Shown in pieces: positions 29,883-40,011 of a DNA stretch of 64,000 bases. The notes under the pieces were generated by a model, which was not told the DNA's origin, did not search any database, and saw only the letters and a program-made list of their open reading frames with translations. Position numbers and translations under genes: made by a program. The stretch's first letter is position 1; every line of letters starts with the position of its first letter. Origin of the DNA: Longimicrobiales bacterium (GTDB taxonomy: Bacteria > Gemmatimonadota > Gemmatimonadetes > Longimicrobiales > Gaopeijiaceae). The stretch is taken from assembly GCA_965238005.1 (NCBI GenBank), contig OZ250165.1, positions 1,600,001-1,664,000 of the forward strand, written 5' to 3'.

Positions 29883-31328
29883 ATGATGAACATATCCGCC
29901 CGACAATTCGTCGTCACACTACTCCCGCTGATCGCCATCGCTGTTCCGAACGAAGCGCGTGCGCAGAGCTCCATGCCGTCGCACGGCTTCAAGGTGGGCA
30001 GACCGTTCCCCACTTTGTCGCTCCCGTCCCTCGATGACGGGCGGCCCGCGTCTATCGCCGACTTCCGCGGTCAGAAGGTCATCCTGCACATCTTTGCATC
30101 TTGGTGAGCAGGCTGTAGGCGACACGTGCCCGGGTGGCACAACGCGACCGAGAGCCTCCAGGACATCGGCAGCGTACAGATGGTCGGGATCATCCAGGAG
30201 CAGCACCCCGACCGGGCCCGCCTCTTCATGCAGTGGAAGCAGATGGGATGGCCCATCCTTGTCGACTCGTACGATCTGCTGGAGGCACCTCACGTGCCGA
30301 TCTCCCTCGCTATCGACGAGAGCGGGGTGATCCGGAAGATCCTCCCAGCGATGCAGGAGGACGGCAGCATCACCGAGGACTTTCTAGAGGAGAGCTTTGG
30401 CTCCGCACGGGACGAGCCGTCGGCACCCACTCCTCCGCCGGACGTGGCTGCCCTCTATGCGCGAGCACAGTCCGAGGGCAGCGCGGAGGCGTGGAAGGCC
30501 TATGGCGACGCGATCGCTGTGTTGGGCGGGGCCGGCCGAGTGGACCAGGCTATTGACGCGTACGAGCGCGTGGTGAGCGAACAGCCTGAAGACGGCATGG
30601 CGCACTTCCGCCTGGGCGTCGCCTACCGTATGCGCTACGACTCGGACGGACGGCGCGACGGCGACTTCCAGAAGGCCGTCGACGAGTGGTCCGCCGCGCT
30701 CGAGATCGATCCCAACCAGTACATCTGGCGCAGACGCATCCAGCAGTACGGGCCCAGGCTCGACAAGCCCTACCCCTTCTACGACTGGGTCGTCACGGCC
30801 CGCGACGATATCCAGGCCTGGGGCGAAGAGCCTGCTCCACTCGCCGTTGAGCCTCGCGGCTCCGAGTTTGCAAGCCCAGAACGGGACTTCGTCGCCAGCC
30901 TGGACGCTCCCCCAGAGCCCGACCCTCTGGGTCGTGTGCTTCGCGACGAGGACCAGTTCATCGAAGTCGAGGCCGTCGCTGTCCCGGCCGGGATCGCTCC
31001 CGGCGTGGTCACCCGGCTGCACTTCTCGTTCCGACCGATCCAGCGCACGGAAGCACACTGGAACAACGAGGCCGAGGAGATGGTCCTCTGGCTCGATCCG
31101 CCCGAGGGATGGGAAGTCGAGACCAGGATGTACGGCTATCCGCTCCCTCCCGAGGTGGTGTCACTGGAGACTCGCGTGATCGAGGCTGAGATCCGTGCGC
31201 CCCAGGAGCTCGGCCGCGGCCCGATCACGATACCGGGATACGCCCTCTACTACGTCTGTGAGAACGTGAACGGGATCTGCATGTATAGGCGTCAGGATCT
31301 GGAGGTGGAGCTGCGGCCCAGGAGGTAG
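29883..31328 (+). CDS. Putative exported selenoprotein: TlpA/AhpC-type thioredoxin (UxxC) + TPR + DsbD-N-like domain, 481 aa with TGA read as Sec
   Basis: ORF 29883-30107 ends FASW-TGA and continues in frame as AGC into ORF 30126-31328; hairpin follows the TGA. Confidence 0.85.
30108..30156 (+). promoter_or_regulatory. Candidate bacterial SECIS element
   Basis: GTGCC-CGGGT-GGCAC apical hairpin (30126-30140), GCG/CGC and GGCT/AGCC lower pairs; loop about 24 nt after the TGA. Confidence 0.6.
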
Positions 31329-31432
31329 GCTGCTACCTCGAATCCTGTGCGCGCAGGCCACCTTATCATGTCATTACACTGAGCCTCGTCGCGCCAGGTG
31401 CATCCGGCTCCTGTGCCATCGTCCCCTCGTGA

Positions 31433-31507
31433 GAGGACGTCAAGCACAACCGCAAGGTGGCCCTCAAAGTCTTGAAGCCCGAATTCGCTGCGGTTGTCAA
31501 GGACTAA
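31433..31507 (+). pseudogene. Ser/Thr kinase subdomain II fragment
   Basis: EDVKHNRKVALKVLKPEFAAVV then stop. Confidence 0.7.
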
Positions 31508-31529
31508 GATGACGACTGGAGGTTCAACG

Positions 31530-31794
31530 ATGACAGGTCGCACAGGCGTACCCGGTGGGTTGGAGCTCGGCATGCTTGCGATGGTCCTCTGCGCCCCACA
31601 TCCCGGTTCGAGCCAAGACGTGCAGCAAACCTCTTGCTCGGATATCAGTGTGTTGAGCTCGGTGGAAATCCTGCTCTCGTGTGCCACCACCGGGGACGAG
31701 CTCGCTCAATTCAGTCTCGGGCTGATGTACGAGTCCGGTTTGGGGGTGCCCGAAGACGATGTCGAAGCAGTTCGCTGGTACCGATTAGCGGCAG
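31530..31794 (+). pseudogene. Sel1-repeat protein truncated by IS3
   Basis: AQFSLGLMYESGLGVPEDDVEAVRWYRLAA abuts the IS end. Confidence 0.8.
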
Positions 31795-31918
31795 TGGAGC
31801 TGTCCCGTTTCAGTGGACGGGTGAACACTGAGGTTTATAGTCTGTCCCCCTCGCTGGGGAGAGGAAAGCTTCCCCCGCGCAGCGGGGGAGTAAAGGGCAA
31901 CTTGGCCACGCAGGTTTC

Positions 31919-32770
31919 TCATGCTGCCGCTCCGTGGCGACGCTCGAAGTTGATGGGCGACAGCTGACCCAGTGCCGAGTGTCGCCTCCGGGGGTTGTAG
32001 AAGCCCTCGATGAAGTCGAACACGGCCATCTTCGCCTCGGCCTGGGTCCGGAAGCGCTGCCGGTCGAGTAGCTCGCACTCGAGCGTCGCGAAGAAGCTCT
32101 CGCACATCGCGTTGTCGTAGGCGTCGCCCACGGAGCCCATCGAGGGCCGCACACCGACATCGTTGCAGCGTAGGCCGAAGGCGATCGAGGTGTACTGGGT
32201 TCCCTGATCACTGTGATGGATGACGCATTCGGGCCGGCGCTGCCAGGTCGCCATGTTCAGCGCGTCCAGGACGAGCTCGGTGCGCAGGTGCGTAGCCATC
32301 GACCACCCGACCACCCGCCTGCTCCAGACGTCGAGCACAACCGCGAGGTACAAGAACCCCGCCCAGGTCGGGATGTAGGTGATGTCGGCCACCCACAACT
32401 GGTCTGGCCCGTCTGCGCTGAAGTCCCGCTCGATGAGATCCGGCGCGGGACGGGCGTCCTCGTTGCGCCTGGTCGTCTTCGGGCCGCGCCGCCTCCGGCT
32501 AGCTCCCACAATCTCGGCCTGCTTCATGAGCCGGCCCACCCGCTTCTCACCGACCCGCTCGCCAGCTTCCTTGAGGTCCGCGTAGATGCGGGGCCGGCCA
32601 TAGACCCTTCGGTTCTCGCGCCAGACCGTCTCGATCCGCTCTGTGAGCTCCTCATCTCGCTTCGCCCGAGCCGAAGGCTCGCGATCCAACCAGGCGTAGT
32701 AGCCGCTGGGGGAGAGATCCAGCACACGGCACATCGCCCGCACAGGGAAGTCGGCCTGATTCGTCTTCAT
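31919..32770 (-). CDS. IS3 transposase OrfB (DDE)
   Basis: WVADITY, HHSDQG, DNAMCESFF. Confidence 0.93.
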   Translation of the reverse strand: MKTNQADFPVRAMCRVLDLSPSGYYAWLDREPSARAKRDEELTERIETVWRENRRVYGRPRIYADLKEAGERVGEKRVGRLMKQAEIVGASRRRRGPKTTRRNEDARPAPDLIERDFSADGPDQLWVADITYIPTWAGFLYLAVVLDVWSRRVVGWSMATHLRTELVLDALNMATWQRRPECVIHHSDQGTQYTSIAFGLRCNDVGVRPSMGSVGDAYDNAMCESFFATLECELLDRQRFRTQAEAKMAVFDFIEGFYNPRRRHSALGQLSPINFERRHGAAA

Positions 32771-33081
32771 GAACTCGAACCCCGTTCCGGGATCGAGTTG
32801 CTCTCCCGAGCAAACCAGGCGGCGGCTTTTTTTAGAATCTCCTGCTCCATGCGCAGACGCTTGTTGTCACGCCGAAGCTGCCTGAGTTCCCCACGCTCCT
32901 CCGTCGTCAGCCCGTCACTGCGACGGCCTTCATCCAAGTCAGCTTGTTTGACCCAGTTCCGTATCGCCCCGTTTGAGGGCTCGAACTCCCGGGCCAGCTC
33001 CTCCACGGAGCGGCCCGACCTGACCAACTCGACCATCTGCCGCCGAAACTCCGGCGGGTACGGCGCATGTGTTCTTGGCAT
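32767..33081 (-). CDS. IS3 transposase OrfA
   Basis: YPPEFR HTH, ILKKAAAWF; A-AAA-AAG -1 frameshift signal at 32826-32833. Confidence 0.92.
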   Translation of the reverse strand: MPRTHAPYPPEFRRQMVELVRSGRSVEELAREFEPSNGAIRNWVKQADLDEGRRSDGLTTEERGELRQLRRDNKRLRMEQEILKKAAAWFARESNSIPERGSSS

Positions 33082-33217
33082 CGTGGACTCCTCCTGTCTC
33101 CCTCACTACTGAGGTGTCCACCAAAGCGGGTCAACTCCACTAGCTCAGCACACAGTGGATCAAGGTGGATTGAGGTGGAATGGCGACCGTCTACTGAGAG
33201 CCGGCGGCCGGCTCGGC

Positions 33218-33601
33218 TCAGAACTCCTCCAGCAGCTTCTTGGCCTTCTTGGGGTTGTCGCAGACGATGGCGATCTCGACGAGGTCGCCCGTGATCCCGG
33301 TGACGTAGAGCGCCTCGAGGTTGATCCCCGCATCGCCGAGTCGGTTCGTGACGACAGCGAGCTCGCCCGGGCTGTTCTCGAGTAGCACGGTGTGCACTTC
33401 GCTCTCCTGGAAACGGATGTTCGCTTCCTGGAATGCGCGGCGTGCTACTTCGATATCGTCGGGGATGATGCGCGCGATCGCGTGGCCGCCGACACTGACC
33501 ACCGCGAGTGCCCTGATGTTGGCACCGCGTCGCGCGAGCGCCTGCGCCACCCGGGCGAGATCGCCGGGGTGATGCGTCAGTTGGATCGAGCAGTCCTTCA
33601 T
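33218..33601 (-). CDS. Tandem ACT-domain protein
   Basis: HHPGDLARV..L...GANI and NSPGEL....LGDAGINL. Confidence 0.85.
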   Translation of the reverse strand: MKDCSIQLTHHPGDLARVAQALARRGANIRALAVVSVGGHAIARIIPDDIEVARRAFQEANIRFQESEVHTVLLENSPGELAVVTNRLGDAGINLEALYVTGITGDLVEIAIVCDNPKKAKKLLEEF

Positions 33602-34197
33602 GGTCCTCTCCTGTGAAGACAGCGGAAGCCACACCCGTCATCCCTAGAGTTTGATTCTTCGGGTACATCCGAAGGTGTCTGTGACTTGGCTAATCATGCA
33701 AGATTCTCGAACCAGCATACCAACAAGAGCCTCAGGTGTATCCTCGCACTTCTCCACGATGTCATTCCGTGCGCGCGCCGGTGCATCCGTGGCCTCAAGG
33801 CATTCCTGGGACTGACATTCCCGGAGGAGTTCGTCCTGCTGATCTGGGGGAAGGTCACGGAGGGATGGCTACACCGTCGCTCATGACTAGCTCCTCTTTC
33901 TACACAGGGGAATCCAGTGGTAACGCCCGGTGTTCATTCAATGTCCACCGGATGGTCGTGAAGGAGGGCATCTCCTACGACCCTCATGAGCTGCTCAGCT
34001 CGGTGAAGGGTAAGATCGGCCCCACGGGGCCGGAGGACCTGGCGAACTTGTAGCGTCATGAGGCTGGCCATGGATCGGCGTGGCCGTCGCGTGCTGGTTC
34101 ATGGACGCGGGGGTGATCTATCGCTTCGACGGGTTGAGGAGGGTAGACTTCGGGCAGCAGCGACCCTCATGCTCACACGATCACAAGGAGGGCATCC

Positions 34198-34623
34198 ATG
34201 TGGGTAGGGCGACTCGTGGACCTCATCGAGGACCATGCGGATGAGTTGACCGAGCGGCTCGTACGTAGGATGCGTGAAGATCCGCGGACGACCGGTTACC
34301 GCCAATTCGATGATGAAGAGATGGGAGAACGGGCCCGCGAAGTTTACTCCCACCTCGGGCGATGGCTCGGAGAGACCTCCGAGAGTGCCGTCGAGGCCGA
34401 GTACTTTCGTCTCGGCAAGATCAGGTGTGCGGAGGGGATACCGCTCTCCGAGGTGGTCATGGCGCTCCTCTTGGTCCGTCGCAATCTGTGGCAGTTCGTC
34501 GAATCCCGGGGCGCCGACACCATCCTGGAGCTCCGACAGGAGCTCGACCTCGAGCTGCTCGTGGTCCGTTTCTTCGACCGAGCCATTTTCCACACGGTAC
34601 GGGGGTATGAGTCCGGGGGCTGA
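34198..34623 (+). CDS. Helical protein, RsbRD-N-like
   Basis: GGAGG RBS; LG..R..EGIPLSEV and FFDRAI....GYE pattern. Confidence 0.7.
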   Translation: MWVGRLVDLIEDHADELTERLVRRMREDPRTTGYRQFDDEEMGERAREVYSHLGRWLGETSESAVEAEYFRLGKIRCAEGIPLSEVVMALLLVRRNLWQFVESRGADTILELRQELDLELLVVRFFDRAIFHTVRGYESGG

Positions 34624-34727
34624 CGGCGCATCCTGATCTCGCGGCGGTCATCATGAATCGGCGATGATCATGAAGTGGTCGGTCGGGATCGCCCAGGGCG
34701 AAGAGGCCTCTCGGCCCGTTGGCCGGC

Positions 34728-35852
34728 TCAGCAATGCACGAACTCGTGCCCCTTCGGCATCAGCCGGAAGGGGATCTCGTCGCACATTCCCGTCAGTTTC
34801 GGTCGTAGCGTATCCAGGACTTCGCGGTCCGGAGCGAACACCAGCACGCTGCCCCCGCCTCCAGCCCCCATCGGGAATGCCTCGGCGCCGAGTGCGGCGG
34901 CGTGCTCGCCCAGCGCCTCGGCCCCGGCCATGTAGGGTGGCACGAGATCGACCCGCACCTGCCTGAATCCGCGAATGCTCTCGAGCACGCGCTCCCAATC
35001 ACTCAGGCGCAGCCCCTCACGGTACTCGTAAGCGTATCCCGGGAGGTCCGTCAGTCGCGGGAAGGACTCCTCGTCGCGGAGCATGCCGCACCAGGTCTGG
35101 TTGACGGTGGAGCTGAACCGCGTCTTCCCGGTATGGAAGACCGCCATGCGTTCCTCCAAAGCTTGGTATTCGTCAGGCGGGACGAGCTCGTAACGCACGG
35201 ACGTACCGAGGCCCTGGCGAGGCTGCCCCGGGATCCCCCACGGCAGCCAGACGTAGTCCACGACGCCACCCCAGACCACGTTGGACTGTTCCTGGGTGCC
35301 GGTGAGACTGGTGCCCAGATCCTGCTCAAGACGTGAGGCCAGAGCAACGATCTGGGGTCCATCCATGGGGTCGCCGGCCAGACGATTGGCCAGGAGGCAC
35401 ACCGCGGTCATGGCCGTTGCCGAGCCCCCGAGGCCCGCCGACAGGAGCCCCGGGCGCAGGCTATGGAGATGAAAGGCCACGCCACTCAAGCCGAAGGCAT
35501 CGGCCGCTTTGACGAGCCAGTTCTGCTGCGTTGCCGCCACCTGCCCAGCCCGCGCCGCCACCTCCGTGCCATACTCGGACGAGCGGACTGCGATCATGCC
35601 GGTTTCGTAGGGGTGGGCCTCGACCCGCGACCCCGTGTCGATGGTCAGGCAGATGGTGCGGGGAAGCGCTGCGCTCCACGCTGCGGTGGGGTCGGAGTGC
35701 GGATCGTCAGGCCAGATGGGAGGTCGCCACAGCCCCTGCTGGAACTCACGCATGTCCAGAGTGGAGCCCGGTCCGTCGATGCGGTGGCGGGCGATGATCG
35801 TGGGGAGCTCACCCTTCTCCTGGGCGGCCTGCAGCCGGGCACGCAGGTCCAA
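34728..35852 (-). CDS. GHMP-family sugar kinase
   Basis: SAGLGGSA motif II, GTQEQ, MGAGGGG motif III. Confidence 0.8.
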   Translation of the reverse strand: MDLRARLQAAQEKGELPTIIARHRIDGPGSTLDMREFQQGLWRPPIWPDDPHSDPTAAWSAALPRTICLTIDTGSRVEAHPYETGMIAVRSSEYGTEVAARAGQVAATQQNWLVKAADAFGLSGVAFHLHSLRPGLLSAGLGGSATAMTAVCLLANRLAGDPMDGPQIVALASRLEQDLGTSLTGTQEQSNVVWGGVVDYVWLPWGIPGQPRQGLGTSVRYELVPPDEYQALEERMAVFHTGKTRFSSTVNQTWCGMLRDEESFPRLTDLPGYAYEYREGLRLSDWERVLESIRGFRQVRVDLVPPYMAGAEALGEHAAALGAEAFPMGAGGGGSVLVFAPDREVLDTLRPKLTGMCDEIPFRLMPKGHEFVHC

Positions 35853-35866
35853 GGGACTGAGGTTCC

Positions 35867-37252
35867 CTAGGGGAGCGAGGTGGGCTCGCTGGCCATCCAG
35901 CCCGTATTGCCACCCGGGGACTGCACGTACAGGAATCCCTCGAAAGTCCCCAGCACCGACACGCCCGTGCCGGCCTCCACAGCCTCCATCATCGGCGCGC
36001 CGTCACTGGGACCACTCACCAACGGGGAGGTCCGTGCCACGACCTGCCTCCGGAGAGGCTCACTCACGGCCTCGGTGAGGCGGGCGGCCACAAAACCGGC
36101 CTGTCCGTCCGGGAGGCGTACCCGATACCATGGCCCGGCAGCCGCCAGGACTCGCACGGGGGTGTGCTCCTCGAGCTCGACCACCACCGTGGCTCGACGG
36201 GTGGGCCCCCCTCTCAGCCGGATCCCTTCGTTGACCGTGCGGGTCCACGCGCCCAGATGGTCCAAGGGAGCGGAGGTCGCCACCAGGTCCTGGGAGGGCT
36301 TGTAGAGGAAGTAATACGGGTCCACCGGTCCCTCTCTCCGCCGGTACACCCCGAAGTGGAGGTGCGGCGGGGTGGTTCGGGCGTTGCCGGTGTTGCCCAC
36401 GAACCCGAGGAGGGTGCCCTTGGTGACCCGCTCCCCAGACTGAACGACCTGGCTGTCGAGGTGAGCGTAGTAGATCGAGTTGGGCTCCACGGAGTCGCGG
36501 ACCCAGACGGTTTTGCCGCCGATCGCGGTGTTCCGGACCCGACTGACCTGTCCGTCCGTGGCGGATAACACGGGCGTGCCCCTGGGAGCGAAGATGTCCA
36601 CGCCGTGATGGCTGCGCCGTCCGGCGTCCCGGTCGGCACCAAAGCCGCTCAGAATGGCCCGGTTGTTGCGGCCCTCTACCGGGAAGGCCATGGATGCTTC
36701 GGCCCTCAGGACTATGCGGTAACGGCCCCCTCGGAGGAGCTCGGGTTGCAGGCGGACCACGTAGCTGGCGCCGCGGCTCGCCACGTACTCCACCATCCCC
36801 GGAACCGAGTCAGACGAGAGTACGGGCAGTGGAGCCCGCTCCGGGGTGCTCTGCATTCGGTAGACGTCCACGAACAGCCTGGTAGGCTCACCGCCGTTCA
36901 GCTCCACGTCGATGGAGAGCCGCTGACCCCGCCTGAGCTCCACCAGATAGCTTCTGGCATCCGGTGACTCGGGAAAGAGGAAGCCCTCCTCTTCGAAGGG
37001 AAGCCCGACCGTGGGGGGTTCGTCGAGAGCGCGGGCCGCCGCCTCCGACCACGCCGTGCCCAGGGCGGTCTCGGCCAGACCTACGGCGCGAAGGGACTCG
37101 AAATACGCTTCATGAGGCGTCAGATCGCGGAACTCGTTCCGGATCTGATCGACCTGTTCGCAGGCGGAAATGAAGAGTAGGGCGCCAAGGATCCCGCCGA
37201 CACGACACGACCACACTCCGCCCCATCCTCTTCGATAGTGCTCAGTCCTCAT
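35867..37252 (-). CDS. M23 metallopeptidase lipoprotein with SH3-like domains
   Basis: ISAC lipobox, HHGVD, YAHL, PHLHF, C-terminal LRGGP...WYRV...GFV. Confidence 0.9.
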   Translation of the reverse strand: MRTEHYRRGWGGVWSCRVGGILGALLFISACEQVDQIRNEFRDLTPHEAYFESLRAVGLAETALGTAWSEAAARALDEPPTVGLPFEEEGFLFPESPDARSYLVELRRGQRLSIDVELNGGEPTRLFVDVYRMQSTPERAPLPVLSSDSVPGMVEYVASRGASYVVRLQPELLRGGRYRIVLRAEASMAFPVEGRNNRAILSGFGADRDAGRRSHHGVDIFAPRGTPVLSATDGQVSRVRNTAIGGKTVWVRDSVEPNSIYYAHLDSQVVQSGERVTKGTLLGFVGNTGNARTTPPHLHFGVYRRREGPVDPYYFLYKPSQDLVATSAPLDHLGAWTRTVNEGIRLRGGPTRRATVVVELEEHTPVRVLAAAGPWYRVRLPDGQAGFVAARLTEAVSEPLRRQVVARTSPLVSGPSDGAPMMEAVEAGTGVSVLGTFEGFLYVQSPGGNTGWMASEPTSLP

Positions 37253-37387
37253 GTGCCCAATCTACGCATTTTTGCCATTCGGGTTCCTGTCCTGCTCAAC
37301 GATGTCTACCGCCCTGTACCATAATTGAACGGAATTGTTGAGATTTCTATGATGCTCGACATCCTTCCTGACCAGAGGGCCCCTTAC

Positions 37388-38674
37388 ATGGTACGAATCG
37401 CCGAGATCGAAGCCGGCAGCATTGCGGACGAACTCCACCTCGAGATCGGGACGCGCGTCGTCCGGATCAACGGGCAGCGAGTCCGCGACGGCATCGACCT
37501 GACCTTCCTCCTGGCGGAGAGCACTCTCGAGCTCGAGACCGTGAACCCGCACGGGGACGCGGTCTTCTACGAGGTCGAGCGTGAGCCGGGGGAGCCCGTC
37601 GGCATCATCCCGGCGCCCGACACGATTCGTGAATGTGCGAACAAGTGCGTGTTCTGCTTCATCGACGGGAATCCCAAGGATGTGCGTGACACACTCTGGC
37701 TCAGGGACGACGACTTCCGGCTCTCGTTTACGTACGGCAGCTACGTGACGCTCACGAACCTGGGTCCCAGGGGGATGGAGCGCCTGGTGGAGCAACGAAT
37801 CAGCCCGCTCTACGTGAGCGTGCACGCCACGGAGCCCGAAGTACGTGAGCGTTTGCTGGTCAACGAACGGGCCGGCCTCATCATGGAGCAGCTCCGGTTT
37901 CTGCTCAAGGGCGGACTCGAGGTCCATATCCAGGTCGTGCTCTGTCCCGAGTGGAACGACCGTGAGCACTTGGACCGAACCATCGACGACCTCTACGCGC
38001 TGGGGGAGGGCGCTCGGTCATTGTCGGTCGTGCCAGTGGGGCTCACGAAGTACAATCTGGGCCGCCCCGTCCGGCTCCTGACACGGGAAGAGGCCTTGGC
38101 GGCCATCGGACAGGTGGATCGCATCCGGCAACGGGCCCTTGAGGAGCGGGGCCGAGGTTGGTGCTACGCCGCCGACGAGATGTACTTGATCGCCGGCGGC
38201 GATTTTCCCCCGGACGAATACTACGACGAGGCCTCCCTCACGGAGAACGGGGTGGGTGCCATGAATCGCTTCGTGCGCGAGTTCGAGAAGGGACTGCCCC
38301 ACGCGCCGGCCCTTCCGGGGCGTACGCTTCGCATCGTGACCGGACTGTCGATGGAGGGGCTGTTCCGGGAGAGGGCGCCGCGCCTGGCTGAGGCCACCGG
38401 AGCCCAGGTGGACGTGATCGGCGTGGTGAACGATTTCTACGGTGACAGCGTGACGATAGCCGGACTCCTCAGCGGTCGGGACATCGTACAGGCCGTGGGC
38501 GACACACGGGAAGACGAGCTAATGCTCCTGCCGGCCGAGGCGCTCAACGCCGATGACCTGTTCGTCGACAGCCTGCCGCTGGGAGAGGTTCGAGCCGCCC
38601 TGGCACCGGCGGACGTCGTGACCGGGTACGACCTCCTCGAGTGCCTCGGAAGCCTCTCGGAAACGCACGCATGA
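37388..38674 (+). CDS. DUF512 radical-SAM-like protein with N-terminal PDZ
   Basis: CANKCVFC, DDDFRLSF, ENGVG, AGLLSG. Confidence 0.88.
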   Translation: MVRIAEIEAGSIADELHLEIGTRVVRINGQRVRDGIDLTFLLAESTLELETVNPHGDAVFYEVEREPGEPVGIIPAPDTIRECANKCVFCFIDGNPKDVRDTLWLRDDDFRLSFTYGSYVTLTNLGPRGMERLVEQRISPLYVSVHATEPEVRERLLVNERAGLIMEQLRFLLKGGLEVHIQVVLCPEWNDREHLDRTIDDLYALGEGARSLSVVPVGLTKYNLGRPVRLLTREEALAAIGQVDRIRQRALEERGRGWCYAADEMYLIAGGDFPPDEYYDEASLTENGVGAMNRFVREFEKGLPHAPALPGRTLRIVTGLSMEGLFRERAPRLAEATGAQVDVIGVVNDFYGDSVTIAGLLSGRDIVQAVGDTREDELMLLPAEALNADDLFVDSLPLGEVRAALAPADVVTGYDLLECLGSLSETHA

Positions 38675-38689
38675 GTCGGAAGCGCACGC

Positions 38690-40006
38690 ATGCGTAGGAC
38701 CTTGCCGGTGGTAGCCGTGGTGGGCAGGCCCAACGTGGGAAAGTCCACCTTTTTCAATCGCGTGATCGGCGGGCGCGTCGCCATCGTTGACGAGCGGCCC
38801 GGTGTCACCCGGGATCGGAATTTCAGCAAGGTCGACTGGGCCGGTCATCACTTCTACCTGGTCGATACCGGAGGCGTGATCGAGGGCAGTGACGAGCCCT
38901 TGGATCGGGCGATTCGAGAGCAGGCTTACGCCGCCGTGGCGGAGGCCGACGTCATACTCTTCCTCGTGGACGGCAAGGCCGGCGTCCATCCTCTGGACGA
39001 GCGCCTTGCGGAGATCCTCAGGAAGAGCGGCCCCCCCGTGCTGCTCGTCGTGAACAAGATGGACAACCTTCCCCGGGACCAGAGTCATCTGGACCTCTGG
39101 AGCCTGGGCATGGGCGAGCCAATTCCCGTGAGTGCCCTTTCGGGAAAAGGCTCGGGCGACCTCCTGGATGCCGTGGTGGCCAGTCTTCCCGAGCAGCAGG
39201 ACGTGGAGGAGGAGGCTGGTGTGATCCGGGTAGCCGTGGTTGGAAAGCCGAACGTCGGGAAGTCGAGTTTTGTGAACCGGCTCTTCGGGGAAGATCGGGT
39301 GGTGGTGAGTGAGGTGCCCGGCACCACCAGGGATCCGGTGGATTCACTCCTCCAGTATCACGGCAAGAACCTCGTTTTCGTGGACACGGCGGGGCTCCGC
39401 CGACAATCCAAGATCAAGGACTCGCTGGAGTACTATTCGGTCCTGCGGACGGCCAAGGTCGTGCGCGAAGCCGACGTGTGTCTCGTTCTCGTCGACGCCA
39501 CCGAGCCCATTCACGTGCAGGACCTCAAGGTGGCCGAGCAGGCCTGGGAGGCGGGCGCGGGCGTGATCCTCGTAGCCAACAAGTGGGATCTGGTCGAGAA
39601 GGATCACAAAACCGCCCCGCAGTTCGAGAAGGATCTGAAAGAGCGGGCACCTTTCCTTCGATGGATTCCGGCGCTGTTCACCTCCGCTCTATCCGGTCAA
39701 CGGGTCAGGAAGTGCCTCGACGTGATCCTCGAGGTCCAGGAGGAGCGGCACCGGAGGATCGCCACCGCCGACGTCAACGAGGCCCTGGCGGGACTGCTGC
39801 GCCACCAGCCACCTCCACACAGCCGGGGCCGTCGGGTGAAGATCCGATACGGGACGCAGGTCTCGGTCGCGCCTCCCACCTTCATCTTCTTCGCCAATCT
39901 CCCAAAGGCTCTTCCCGAGCACTACATTCGCTACGTCCACAACAACCTCAGAGATCGTTGGGGGTTCGTGGGAAGTCCCATCCGAGTCCGCTTCAGGGAG
40001 AACTGA
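38690..40006 (+). CDS. der: Ribosome biogenesis GTPase Der
   Basis: Two G domains, GRPNVGKS and GKPNVGKS. Confidence 0.96.
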   Translation: MRRTLPVVAVVGRPNVGKSTFFNRVIGGRVAIVDERPGVTRDRNFSKVDWAGHHFYLVDTGGVIEGSDEPLDRAIREQAYAAVAEADVILFLVDGKAGVHPLDERLAEILRKSGPPVLLVVNKMDNLPRDQSHLDLWSLGMGEPIPVSALSGKGSGDLLDAVVASLPEQQDVEEEAGVIRVAVVGKPNVGKSSFVNRLFGEDRVVVSEVPGTTRDPVDSLLQYHGKNLVFVDTAGLRRQSKIKDSLEYYSVLRTAKVVREADVCLVLVDATEPIHVQDLKVAEQAWEAGAGVILVANKWDLVEKDHKTAPQFEKDLKERAPFLRWIPALFTSALSGQRVRKCLDVILEVQEERHRRIATADVNEALAGLLRHQPPPHSRGRRVKIRYGTQVSVAPPTFIFFANLPKALPEHYIRYVHNNLRDRWGFVGSPIRVRFREN

Positions 40007-40011
40007 CCCTC

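Larger units (their letters stand above)
31795..33139 (-). mobile_element. IS3-family insertion sequence
   Basis: Imperfect TG...CA inverted ends (TGGAGCTGTCCCGTTTCAGTGGAC / GTCCACCAAAGCGGGTCAACTCCA); orfA/orfB; no target duplication seen. Confidence 0.92.

Noticed and set aside
33686..34053. Short ORFs between the ACT and RsbRD-like genes
   Set aside because: Appear to be relics (possible amidohydrolase tail); cannot support a gene call
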